Of a stretch of 52,337 nucleotides of DNA, positions 10,379 through 19,604 are shown piece after piece. How positions within the stretch are numbered: position 1 is the stretch's first letter; every line of letters begins with the position of its first letter. The stretch spans positions 1 through 52,337 of the forward strand of contig JBILJL010000001.1 of assembly GCA_044377255.1 (NCBI GenBank), read 5' to 3'. Both the position numbers and the translations under genes were made by a program. The notes below the pieces were generated by a model. That model did not search any database. It worked only from the letters and a program-made list of their open reading frames with translations, and was not told the origin of the DNA. Origin of the DNA: Bacteroidia bacterium (GTDB lineage: Bacteria; Bacteroidota; Bacteroidia; UKL13-3).

Positions 10379-10939
10379 TTAATGGTTTAAACTCTTTTTT
10401 ACGATTTCTTCAATTTTCTTAACAGCAATATGATAGGAAGCTTTTAATCCACCAACACTGGTTCCAAGAATAGCTTCAATTTCCTCATACTTCATTTGCT
10501 CATAATATTTCATATTAAAAACCAAACGTTGCTTCTCTGGTAGGCTCAAAACTGCTTGTTGCAATAGCAACTCCAATTTATTCCCGTTAAAATAAGTATC
10601 AGAAACCAGTTGCTCTCCAAGTTGTTCTTGCAAACTCTCTATACTGATGTTTAAGCTAGCCTTTTTCTTTTGCAAAAACGCCAAAGCTTCGTTGGTGGCA
10701 ATTCGGTACAACCAAGTATATAATTGACTGCTTTCCCTAAAATCATCTAGCTTTTCCCAAACTTTAATAAAGGTGTTTTGAACCACATCGTCTGCATCAT
10801 CATGATTAACAACAATCCTCCTCACTTGCCAATAAACTTTTCTGCTATATCGAGACAACAGCAGCTTGTAAGCGGCCTGCTTGGTGGCTGGCACTTTAAA
10901 CTGCATAATTAACTCTTTATCGCTTAGTTCATTGCTCAT
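10379..10939 (-). CDS. ECF-type RNA polymerase sigma-70 factor
   Basis: Region 2 (DADDVVQNTFIKVWEKLDDFRESSQLYTWLYRIATNEA) and region 4 (LPEKQRLVFNMKYYEQMKYEEIEAILGTSVGGLKASYHIAVKKI). The likely start is ATG 10939 (MSNELSDKE). Confidence 0.85.
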   Translation of the reverse strand: MSNELSDKELIMQFKVPATKQAAYKLLLSRYSRKVYWQVRRIVVNHDDADDVVQNTFIKVWEKLDDFRESSQLYTWLYRIATNEALAFLQKKKASLNISIESLQEQLGEQLVSDTYFNGNKLELLLQQAVLSLPEKQRLVFNMKYYEQMKYEEIEAILGTSVGGLKASYHIAVKKIEEIVKKSLNH

Positions 10940-11074
10940 TTTAAAAACTATAACTTTAGGATACAAATTAAAGGAAATGGTTTAACCTTGGTGTAAAATA
11001 ATTGTTTCATCGAGGTTAAAGCGAATTTCATCTACTTATTTAAAACATTCATCCATAATTCTTTTAATGGACTT

Positions 11075-11099
11075 GTAACTTTTTGCATTTTTGTTTCGT
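11075..11099 (+). promoter_or_regulatory. ECF-sigma-like promoter candidate (GTAAC-N17-CGT)
   Basis: tGTAACtttttgcatttttgtttCGTtt sits 27 nt upstream of the small ORF at 11126 and divergent from the ECF sigma gene. The call is by pattern only. Confidence 0.25.
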
Positions 11100-11125
11100 T
11101 TCACAACTATAAAAACCAAAAACCT

Positions 11126-11305
11126 ATGAAATCAATTAATCTATTTATCTTAAACATATTGTTAATTGGAGGATTAACAATTCCTACCTGCAACAAGGCT
11201 AAAGCTGCAGAAAACCTCGCTAAAATAGCTACTCCAAAAATTAATGCCACCAACACAATTACCGCATTGCCAATTAATCATCATTTCAAAATTTACCCTC
11301 AATAA
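11126..11305 (+). CDS. Possible 59-aa secreted/lipoprotein peptide
   Basis: Below the ORF-track cutoff. Translation is MKSINLFILNILLIGGLTIPTCNKAKAAEN..., a signal-like N-terminus with Cys. I recognise no homology. Confidence 0.3.
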   Translation: MKSINLFILNILLIGGLTIPTCNKAKAAENLAKIATPKINATNTITALPINHHFKIYPQ

Positions 11306-11407
11306 GCATTTATTCCTTTAATTCTGCCTTAACTTTTAAATCATATAAAGTCTCCACTAGCATATGTTTTAGAGCTAGGGTTCACATTTTTTAGTATAAT
11401 TGTGGAG

Positions 11408-12532
11408 ATGAAAAGGAAAGCAATTCAACTTTTATTTTTGGTATTGGGTGTTTGTTACCAATTAAAAGCTCAGCTGCCCAATGAGGTAATTACAGATAAA
11501 ATAAGCTTAAATTCAACTGACTCTGGCATTTTTGGTTTTAGTTTTATGAATACCAATTATATGCGAAATACCGAGTATTTTAGTCCTATTGAAGAAGGGA
11601 GAACATTATTTGGTTATCAAATACAACCAAAATTTACCTACCAACCAGTACCCAATGTAAAAATAGAAGCAGGCACTTTGATTCGCCACGATTTTGGCGG
11701 AAACAACCCATTTACAGAAGTTTTGCCAACTTTCTCCATCAAAGCAAAAAAAAACAACATGGAAATGATTTTTGGCACCTTGGAAGGTGCTTTAACTCAT
11801 GGTATTTTAGAACCCATGTTGGATATAAATAGTGTAATAAACAATAGAATTGAAAATGGCTTTCAGTTTAAGGTAGAATCACAAAAAAGATTTTTAGACA
11901 TTTGGATCAATTGGGAAAATTTTATTCAACCAAACGAATTCGACAAAGAAAGATTCACCGCCGGAATTCACAGCAGACGGACATGGAAAATAGCAGAAAA
12001 AAGCTGTTTAACCCCCTATTTTCAACTAATGGCATCGCACCAGGGAGGCCAAATAGATACTGATACAATTGACCCATTTATGATGCAATTTAATAATGTA
12101 TTTGGCCTTAAAGTTTCCAAACAATTAAATGACCATAAAAGTGTTTATGCAGATATAGCTTACTTACTTTATAATGAAACGAGTGATAGTAAAATATACC
12201 CTCAAAAAACAGGCAATGGTTTTATGGCGAATGCTGGCTTAAAGCAAGGTGCTACTGATTTTATTTTTAGTTATTGGAATGGAACTGATTTTATTGCACC
12301 AAGAGGAACAAACTTTTACCAAAGCAAAGGAAATGTTGATGCAAGTTATTACGAAAAAAACAGACAACTCTTATTTTTTAGGATCATCCATAACAAGGCT
12401 TTATTTAAATCACCCATTACAGCTTCCGCTAGGTTTGAACCAGTTTATGATTTAAACAATGAGATTCTTGATTTTAGTTATTCCTTGTATTTAGTTTATA
12501 GAGGAGATTTTAAGTTTCACAAAAAACACTAA
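11408..12532 (+). CDS. Hypothetical secreted protein, probable outer-membrane beta-barrel
   Basis: ATG at 11408 (the track begins at GTG 11402). Signal peptide MKRKAIQLLFLVLGVCYQLKA/QL, and an aromatic-rich alternating sequence ending in an F-containing C-terminus. Confidence 0.5.
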   Translation: MKRKAIQLLFLVLGVCYQLKAQLPNEVITDKISLNSTDSGIFGFSFMNTNYMRNTEYFSPIEEGRTLFGYQIQPKFTYQPVPNVKIEAGTLIRHDFGGNNPFTEVLPTFSIKAKKNNMEMIFGTLEGALTHGILEPMLDINSVINNRIENGFQFKVESQKRFLDIWINWENFIQPNEFDKERFTAGIHSRRTWKIAEKSCLTPYFQLMASHQGGQIDTDTIDPFMMQFNNVFGLKVSKQLNDHKSVYADIAYLLYNETSDSKIYPQKTGNGFMANAGLKQGATDFIFSYWNGTDFIAPRGTNFYQSKGNVDASYYEKNRQLLFFRIIHNKALFKSPITASARFEPVYDLNNEILDFSYSLYLVYRGDFKFHKKH

Positions 12533-12533
12533 A

Positions 12534-14027
12534 TCAGGCTTCCCTTTCAATTATTATTTCTGAAACAATCTTGCCAGAGCTCAGGCACAAAGGAATGCCG
12601 CCTCCAGGGTGAACACTTCCGCCACAGAAATACAAACCCTTTATTTTACTAGAAAAATTAGCATGTCTTAAAAAAGCCGCATACCTATTGTTACTTGCAT
12701 TTCCATACAATGACCCTCCAAAACTAGATGTTTTACTTTCTATTAACCTAGGATCTAAAACCGATTCGCTTTCAATTAATGGTTCAATTGGCTGCTTCAA
12801 TAATCTACTCAACTTAGCCAAAATATTAACTCTTGCCCTTGCAATATAATCGTCCCAATCTTGGCCGGTATTGGCTGGAGCATTTATCATTACAAACCAA
12901 TTTTCGCAATTTAAAGGAGCATCTGAGGACAAATATTTGCTACTAATATTTACATAAACAGTAGGATCGTTATAAAGCTCTTTTCTTTTAAAAATATAAT
13001 TGAACTCTTCTTCATAATTTGAACTGAAGAAAATGTTGTGCAAATCCATTTCACTAAATTCTTTTTTAATTCCCCAATAAAAAATTATTGCCGAAGACGA
13101 TTTCTCTTGGGCCAAGAGCTTTTCTGGGGCGGTTTGATCCGAAAGTAAATTGCGATAAGTAGGATGAACATCCATATTGGAAACAACCAAATCAGCTAAT
13201 ATAATTTGTTCACCTACAACAATTCCTTTTACGCTTCCACTATCCACTTTAATGGCATTAACCTTTTTATTAAAATGAAAATTTACACCTAATTTTTCAG
13301 CTGCAGCCATCAAAGAATTAGTAATTTGAATCATTCCATGCTTAGGAAAAAAGGTACCAATACCGTGTTCCAAATGCGGAATCATATTCAAAATTGCTGG
13401 AGCTTCAAATGGATTAGAGCCATTGTAGGTGGCAAATCGATTAAAAAATTGAACCAAATGCGGGTTTTTTAAATCGCGCTCATTTTGTTGATTCATGGTC
13501 TCAAACAAATTCAATGAAGGTAAAGCCAATATTCCTTTAAGGGCTTTTCTACTAAAATAAGTCTTCTTTAAGTGTAGACTTGATTCTAAAAAAAGTGGAG
13601 CCGTTGATTCATATTTTTTTTGGGCTTTGCTTAGATAATCGAATACCATTTGAGGGTCGATTCCAAGTTTCATTTGTAGCTCCTCTGCAAATAACTTCTG
13701 ATCGTGATAGGCAACCAACCTAATTCCATCTTCGTAAAAATAATGGCAACCTTTTTCTAATTGTATTACAGGAAAATCCTGCGCTGGCACTTCGGCTAAC
13801 GACAATAACTCTTGAACCAAGTGAGGCAAGGTAAACAGTGAAGGGCCTGCATCGAAACGATAATTACCTTGAGCAAAATCACTTAGTTTACCTCCAGGAT
13901 ATTCATTGGATTCAAAAACATTAACTTCAAAACCAGCATGCGCTAAACGAATGGCTGTAGCTAAACCTCCCACTCCAGCTCCTATAATGATTGCGTTCTT
14001 TTTCAAATTCTCTAGTATTTTGCACAA
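12534..14027 (-). CDS. CrtI-family FAD-dependent carotenoid desaturase (CrtD-like 3,4-desaturase, or possibly a CrtO-type ketolase)
   Basis: 497 aa with IIGAGVGGLATAIRLAHAGFEVNVFE...GGK...FDAGPS and a C-terminal GGSVHPGGGIP. It is distinct from the bona fide crtI at 16677. It has a non-ATG (TTG) start. Confidence 0.75.
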   Translation of the reverse strand: MCKILENLKKNAIIIGAGVGGLATAIRLAHAGFEVNVFESNEYPGGKLSDFAQGNYRFDAGPSLFTLPHLVQELLSLAEVPAQDFPVIQLEKGCHYFYEDGIRLVAYHDQKLFAEELQMKLGIDPQMVFDYLSKAQKKYESTAPLFLESSLHLKKTYFSRKALKGILALPSLNLFETMNQQNERDLKNPHLVQFFNRFATYNGSNPFEAPAILNMIPHLEHGIGTFFPKHGMIQITNSLMAAAEKLGVNFHFNKKVNAIKVDSGSVKGIVVGEQIILADLVVSNMDVHPTYRNLLSDQTAPEKLLAQEKSSSAIIFYWGIKKEFSEMDLHNIFFSSNYEEEFNYIFKRKELYNDPTVYVNISSKYLSSDAPLNCENWFVMINAPANTGQDWDDYIARARVNILAKLSRLLKQPIEPLIESESVLDPRLIESKTSSFGGSLYGNASNNRYAAFLRHANFSSKIKGLYFCGGSVHPGGGIPLCLSSGKIVSEIIIEREA

Positions 14028-14214
14028 GTTATCATTTAGTGACTTTAAATGTAATACTTTTGCTTTGTTTAAATTTGCCTTAATACCTTTCTTTAAAGCA
14101 AATATAGGCTCAACATATAATTAAATATCATCAATTGTTACCTGGTCAAAAAAAACAAATCTCAATATTGTTTTGTTATTTATAACTTCAATTATTAAAT
14201 TTAAATTACTAAAA

Positions 14215-16650
14215 ATGTTACGAAACTTTTTTTTGATTCTAACTCTTCTCCTTTTTTCTTTTAGTAAAGCCTTTGCACAAAACACCTGCGAAATCATTGG
14301 ATTGGTTCAGGATAAAAATTCTCAAGAGGCTTTAATTGGTGCAACCGTATTTCTTGAAGGAACAACAATTGGTGCTAGCACAAATACAGAGGGCAGGTTT
14401 ATTATCAAAAACATTCCCCCAAAATCCTATAATATCAAATTTCAATATGTTGGTTATGTGAGCAAAACCATTTTCAATGTTGTTATAAACACAGGTAATA
14501 TACAATCTTTTAATGTTGATTTGGAGCCAGAATCCAAAAGTTTAAACGAGGTGGTGGTTCAAGGACGCACCTTTGGTAAAAACACAGAAACACCCTTGTC
14601 CATTCAAAGCCTTACAGCAGAAGAAATAAAAAGTAATCCTGGGGGTAATTTCGATATCTCCAAAGTAATTCAAGCATTACCTGGTGTAGGCGGTAATACG
14701 GGAGGAGCTAGCTTTAGAAACGACATTGTTATTAGAGGTGGTGGGCCAAATGAAAATGTTTTTTATATTGATGGAATTGAAATTCCTGTGATCAATCACT
14801 TCTCCACTCAAGGAAGTTCTGGTGGGCCACAAGGAATGTTAAATGTAAGTTTTATTCAAGATGTAACGCTTGCCTCAAGCAGCTTTAACACAAAGGTTGA
14901 TAACGCGTTGTCATCGGTATTTACTTTCAAACAAAAAGATGGAAATACACAAAAACTACAAGGCAACTTTAGGTTAAGTGCTTCAGAGGTTGCTCTAACT
15001 CTGGATGGACCATTAAGTAAAAATACTACCTTTTTAGCCTCAGCAAGAAAGAGCTATTTACAATTTTTATTTGCGGCAATAGATTTGCCAATCCGACCAA
15101 ATTTTTGGGATTTTCAGTATAAAACAACCACTAAAATTAATGATAAAACTACTCTTACAACATTGGGCGTAGGAGCAATTGATGTGTTTAGTTTTTCTGT
15201 TCCAAAAGAATCTACCCCAGAAAAAGAATATGCCATCAGAAGTAGTCCAAATGTTAATCAGTGGAATTATACTATTGGTGCAGTTGTTAAACGTAGGCTT
15301 CGCAATGGCTATGTTAATTATTCTACCAGCAGAAACATGTTCAATAATAACCTAGATAGGTGGGAAGACGGGCGTGAAAACGACGAAAAATACCGAGCAC
15401 TCAAGATTAGGTCTCAAGAAATTGAAAACAAATTTAGGGTTGATGTAAATCGCTATTCTGGAAAATGGAAATACACCTATGGAGGAATGTTTCAATATGT
15501 TAAATACAATAACCAAACTTACAATAAAATAAACAATGGCATTTATGATACTGCTGGAGTTCAAATTGCACCGCCTTTGGTTATCAACTTTAATACTGCC
15601 ATTGAGTTTTTTAAAGGTGGGTTGTTTGGCGATGTTTCTAGAAGGATGTTAAACGATAGGTTGAATATCAACTTTGGGTTAAGAACTGATTTGAACTCAT
15701 TTACCAACGAAGGCTTGAACCCATTCAAAACTATATCTCCTAGAATTTCGGGAAGCTACGCTTTAACAGAAAAATTGTCGCTAAATGCAACAGTTGGACG
15801 CTACTTTAAAACTCCTATTTATACTGTTTTAGGCTTTAAAGATAACGCAGGAAACTTCGTAAATAAAGACAACAAATATATTTCATGTAATCATTTTGTA
15901 ACTGGCATAGAATACCTGCCAACTGCTAGCTCACGAATTACCTTTGAAACTTTTTACAAGCAATATAACAACTACCCCATATCTGCTTACAATGGAATTT
16001 CATTGGCAAATATGGGTGCTGATTTCAATATTTTGGGTAACGAGAAAACCACCTCTACCGGCAAAGGTAGGGCTTATGGTTTTGAAGTTTTCTTTCAACA
16101 AAAACTGAGTAAAAACATTTTTGCTACTATATCTTATACTTGGTTTGTAAGTGAATTTAGCGGCTCTGACAATATTCTTAAACCCTCTGCTTGGGATAAC
16201 AGAAATCTTATTTCAACCATATTGGGTTACAAGTTTAAAAAAGGTTGGGAAATTGGTGTCAAATATCGTTTTGCAGGTGGATCTCCTTATACGCCATTTG
16301 ACTTAGAGGCCTCTCAAGCCAATTATCTGAGCACGGGAAATGGGGTATTTGATTACAAGCAACTTAATACAATAAGAGTTGGACCATTCCAACAATTAGA
16401 TTTGCGCATTGATAAGAAAATGAATTTTAAGCACACTACTTTAGACCTTTTTATTGATATTCAAAATGCACTGCTTATTGCTTCAGAATCTTTTCCTTCA
16501 TACACCTTTCAAAGAACAGCAGATAATACCAACTGGCAATCAACTGATGGCAAACCTGTGCAAACTAATGGTACAAATGCTATACCTGTAATTTTAAATA
16601 ATGCTAGCAATACCGTTATTCCTTCTTTTGGTTTAATAATAGAATTCTAA
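14215..16650 (+). CDS. TonB-dependent outer-membrane receptor with N-terminal carboxypeptidase-regulatory-like domain
   Basis: ATG 14215 gives the signal peptide MLRNFFLILTLLLFSFSKAFA/QN. It is followed by GLVQDKNSQEALIGATVFLEG (CarbopepD_reg-like), a plug region (NPGGNFDISKVIQALPGV) and a barrel ending in F. Confidence 0.85.
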   Translation: MLRNFFLILTLLLFSFSKAFAQNTCEIIGLVQDKNSQEALIGATVFLEGTTIGASTNTEGRFIIKNIPPKSYNIKFQYVGYVSKTIFNVVINTGNIQSFNVDLEPESKSLNEVVVQGRTFGKNTETPLSIQSLTAEEIKSNPGGNFDISKVIQALPGVGGNTGGASFRNDIVIRGGGPNENVFYIDGIEIPVINHFSTQGSSGGPQGMLNVSFIQDVTLASSSFNTKVDNALSSVFTFKQKDGNTQKLQGNFRLSASEVALTLDGPLSKNTTFLASARKSYLQFLFAAIDLPIRPNFWDFQYKTTTKINDKTTLTTLGVGAIDVFSFSVPKESTPEKEYAIRSSPNVNQWNYTIGAVVKRRLRNGYVNYSTSRNMFNNNLDRWEDGRENDEKYRALKIRSQEIENKFRVDVNRYSGKWKYTYGGMFQYVKYNNQTYNKINNGIYDTAGVQIAPPLVINFNTAIEFFKGGLFGDVSRRMLNDRLNINFGLRTDLNSFTNEGLNPFKTISPRISGSYALTEKLSLNATVGRYFKTPIYTVLGFKDNAGNFVNKDNKYISCNHFVTGIEYLPTASSRITFETFYKQYNNYPISAYNGISLANMGADFNILGNEKTTSTGKGRAYGFEVFFQQKLSKNIFATISYTWFVSEFSGSDNILKPSAWDNRNLISTILGYKFKKGWEIGVKYRFAGGSPYTPFDLEASQANYLSTGNGVFDYKQLNTIRVGPFQQLDLRIDKKMNFKHTTLDLFIDIQNALLIASESFPSYTFQRTADNTNWQSTDGKPVQTNGTNAIPVILNNASNTVIPSFGLIIEF

Positions 16651-16676
16651 GCAATTAACAATAGATTTGGATACAA

Positions 16677-18161
16677 ATGGGAAGAAAGAAAGCAATAGTA
16701 ATTGGGTCTGGTGTGGCAGGATTATCTGCAGCAAGTTACCTTGCCAAAGAAGGTTATTCCGTGACCATTCTAGAGAAAAATGAGCAAACTGGTGGAAGGG
16801 CAAGAAAATTTAGTGCCCATGGATTTACCTTCGACATGGGCCCAAGTTGGTATTGGATGCCCGATGTGTTTGAAAAATATTACCAGGATTTTGGCTATAC
16901 CACCTCAGATTTTTACGAATTACTTCGCTTAAGTCCAAGTTACCGAGTTATTTCCAAAAGTGGGGAAGCAGTTGATATTCCTGCAAACATGGATGAACTT
17001 GAAGCTTTGTTTGAAAAATTTGAACCCGGCTCAGCAACCAGATTACGTGGGTTTTTAAGTGAGGCCAAATACAAATATGAGGTAGGTATAAACGACCTTG
17101 TTTATAAACCTAGTTTAAGCATCCTTGAATTTGCTGATGTTCGTTTGCTTAAAGGCCTCTTAAAAATGGATGTTTTGAGCAATATGCGCAAACATATTGC
17201 TAGTATTGTAAGTAACCCCTTTTTACAAGAACTTCTTGAGTTTCCGGTACTGTTTTTGGGCGCATTGCCACAAAACACCCCTGCTTTATATAGCTTGATG
17301 AATTACGCAGACATGCAGCTTGGTACTTGGTACCCGCAGGGTGGGATGCATCTTTTTATACAGGCTTTTCAAACAATTGCAGAAAAGTTAGGTGTTACTG
17401 TTTTGTTGAACCAAGAGGTTGTTTCGGTTGATACGAAACAAGGGATGATAAGCGCTGTTAATACTTCAGATCAAACTTACTTGGCTGATGTGGTTATCAA
17501 TGCAAGTGATTACCACCACATGGATCAGGTAATATTAAGTCCCGAAAATCGCAGCTATTCAGCATCCTATTGGGCAAAAAGAAAGATGGCTCCATCTTGT
17601 TTATTGTATTATGTTGGGGTTAACAAAAAAATAACAAACCTATTACACCATAACCTATTTTTTGATACCGACTTCAACTTACATTCTAAAGAAATTTACA
17701 CCACCCCAAGCTGGCCAACAAAACCACTATTTTATGCTTCAGCTCCCAGCAAAACAGATCCTTCTGTTGCGCCAGATGGTTGTGAAAACTTGTTTCTTTT
17801 AATTCCTATTGCACCCGGATTAGAAGGCGACAATGAGGAGTTACGAGACAAATATTTTGAACTGATTATTAAAAGGTTGGAGCAGCAAACTGGAGAATCT
17901 ATTTTGCCTTTTGTAATCTATAAACGCAGTTATAGTGTGAAGGATTTTAAGGAAGATTACCATGCCTTTAAAGGAAATGCTTATGGGCTGGCTAATACAT
18001 TGGATCAAACCGCTATATTAAAGCCTAGCTTAAAAAGCAAAAAGCTTAAAAATTTATTTTATGCAGGTCAATTAACGGTACCCGGCCCTGGTGTTCCACC
18101 CAGCATAATTAGTGGAAAGGTTGCAGCTATGCAAGTGGTCAAAGAATATGGTAACGGTTAA
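16677..18161 (+). CDS. crtI: Phytoene desaturase (lycopene-forming)
   Basis: 494 aa with KAIVIGSGVAGLSAASYLAKEGYSVTILEKNEQTGGRA...FDMGPSWYWMPDVFE and a C-terminal GQLTVPGPGVP. Confidence 0.9.
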   Translation: MGRKKAIVIGSGVAGLSAASYLAKEGYSVTILEKNEQTGGRARKFSAHGFTFDMGPSWYWMPDVFEKYYQDFGYTTSDFYELLRLSPSYRVISKSGEAVDIPANMDELEALFEKFEPGSATRLRGFLSEAKYKYEVGINDLVYKPSLSILEFADVRLLKGLLKMDVLSNMRKHIASIVSNPFLQELLEFPVLFLGALPQNTPALYSLMNYADMQLGTWYPQGGMHLFIQAFQTIAEKLGVTVLLNQEVVSVDTKQGMISAVNTSDQTYLADVVINASDYHHMDQVILSPENRSYSASYWAKRKMAPSCLLYYVGVNKKITNLLHHNLFFDTDFNLHSKEIYTTPSWPTKPLFYASAPSKTDPSVAPDGCENLFLLIPIAPGLEGDNEELRDKYFELIIKRLEQQTGESILPFVIYKRSYSVKDFKEDYHAFKGNAYGLANTLDQTAILKPSLKSKKLKNLFYAGQLTVPGPGVPPSIISGKVAAMQVVKEYGNG

Positions 18162-18165
18162 TTCA

Positions 18166-18197
18166 TTTGTTTCTAAAAATAAATTTTTCTATTTTTG
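18166..18197 (+). promoter_or_regulatory. Candidate Bacteroidota sigma-A promoter (TTTG-N20-TATTTTTG) in the crtI-crtB gap
   Basis: TTTG at 18166-18169 and TATTTTTG (TAnnTTTG) at 18190-18197, 77 nt upstream of the crtB ATG. Confidence 0.3.
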
Positions 18198-18273
18198 ATT
18201 TAATTAAAAACAAATTAGCGCTTTCTCACATTATACCTATACAATTAATATTTTTAGCTATCTTTACCTTTCA

Positions 18274-19110
18274 ATGAAATCAATCTTCGACAATATCTCA
18301 ATTAAAAGCAGCAGGTTGGTTACTAAAACTTATAGTACATCCTTTTCATTGGGAATTAGTTTCTTGTCGAAACGATTTCAAGATCCAATTTACGCAGTGT
18401 ATGGCTTTGTTAGGTTGGCCGATGAAATTGTTGATTCTTTTCATGGTTATCCAAAAAGACAATTGTTGGAAGAATTCAAGGAGGAAACGTATAAATCTAT
18501 CAATAGGGGAATTAGCACTAATCCAATTCTAAATAGCTTTCAACAAGTTGTGCATGAATACAACATTGACCATTCTAGTATTGAAACTTTTTTGAAAAGC
18601 ATGGAAATGGATTTAATGCTAAACACATACACCCAAGATGGTTATGAAAACTATATTTTAGGGTCTGCCGAAGTGGTTGGCTTAATGTGTTTAAGGGTTT
18701 TTGTTGAGGGAGATAACCAGCAATATGAAAAGCTTAAACCCTATGCAATGAAATTAGGTTCAGCTTTTCAAAAAATAAATTTTTTACGCGATTTCAGAGC
18801 TGATAAAGAAGATTTAGGAAGGATTTACTTTCCACAAATGAAGGAAAATGATTTCACAGAGGAAGTGAAAAAAGAAATCGAACTAGACATTCAAAGAGAT
18901 TTTGAATCTGGCTATCAAGGTATTAAACTCCTGCCAAAAGACACTCGATTTGGTGTTTATGTAGCTTATATTTATTACTCTAGGTTATTAAATAAAATAA
19001 CCCAGTTGCCGGCCCAAAAAATAATAGAAGAGAGAATTCGAATAAGTAATAAGCAAAAATATGCTTTGTTTTTTGGCTCGTATTTGAGGCATAGCCTTAA
19101 TATGTTATAG
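18274..19110 (+). CDS. crtB: Phytoene synthase
   Basis: 278 aa with YSTSFSLGISFL...YAVYGFVRLADEIVD...GSAEVVGLMC...FQKINFLRDFRADKEDLGRIYFP, matching the squalene/phytoene synthase signatures. Confidence 0.9.
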   Translation: MKSIFDNISIKSSRLVTKTYSTSFSLGISFLSKRFQDPIYAVYGFVRLADEIVDSFHGYPKRQLLEEFKEETYKSINRGISTNPILNSFQQVVHEYNIDHSSIETFLKSMEMDLMLNTYTQDGYENYILGSAEVVGLMCLRVFVEGDNQQYEKLKPYAMKLGSAFQKINFLRDFRADKEDLGRIYFPQMKENDFTEEVKKEIELDIQRDFESGYQGIKLLPKDTRFGVYVAYIYYSRLLNKITQLPAQKIIEERIRISNKQKYALFFGSYLRHSLNML

Positions 19111-19604
19111 TGAATAGCATGCTTTATTTGTTTTCTTGCCTGATCCTATTGACCCCAAAATTTGATAAAGATTTACTTACTATGCGCGCTGAATATTACC
19201 AAGCCATCAATAGCGAGGAAATTGCAATTAAGTTAGACAAAGAATTAGGCGCAATTAGCAATAAAACGTTTTTACAAATGGGCTATTTTGGTGCAAATAA
19301 AATGATACTTGCCAAATTTGCCTTTTGGCCTAATACCAAATATGCTTTGTTTGTTGAGGGTAAAGCAATTTTGGAAGAGGCAATTAAAAACGATCCAAAA
19401 AATATTGAATTGATTTTCTTGCGTTATCCAGTTCAACTAAACGCACCATCCATATTAGATTATAATCAAAATGTTGCAAGCGATAAAAAAACACTCGTTA
19501 ACGAAGTAAAATCAATAAAAGACAAAGATTTGAAATCTCGAATTTTGGTGTTTCTATTAAGCGATGGTAAATTAACGGAAGCGGAAAGGAAAGCTATTCA
19601 ATGA
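19110..19604 (+). CDS. Hypothetical helical protein embedded in the crt operon
   Basis: GTG 19110 overlaps the crtB TAG (or ATG 19119). Its stop overlaps the idi ATG (ATGA at 19601-19604). It has a hydrophobic N-terminus with a possible lipobox (LFSC). I recognise no family. Confidence 0.55.
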   Translation: MNSMLYLFSCLILLTPKFDKDLLTMRAEYYQAINSEEIAIKLDKELGAISNKTFLQMGYFGANKMILAKFAFWPNTKYALFVEGKAILEEAIKNDPKNIELIFLRYPVQLNAPSILDYNQNVASDKKTLVNEVKSIKDKDLKSRILVFLLSDGKLTEAERKAIQ

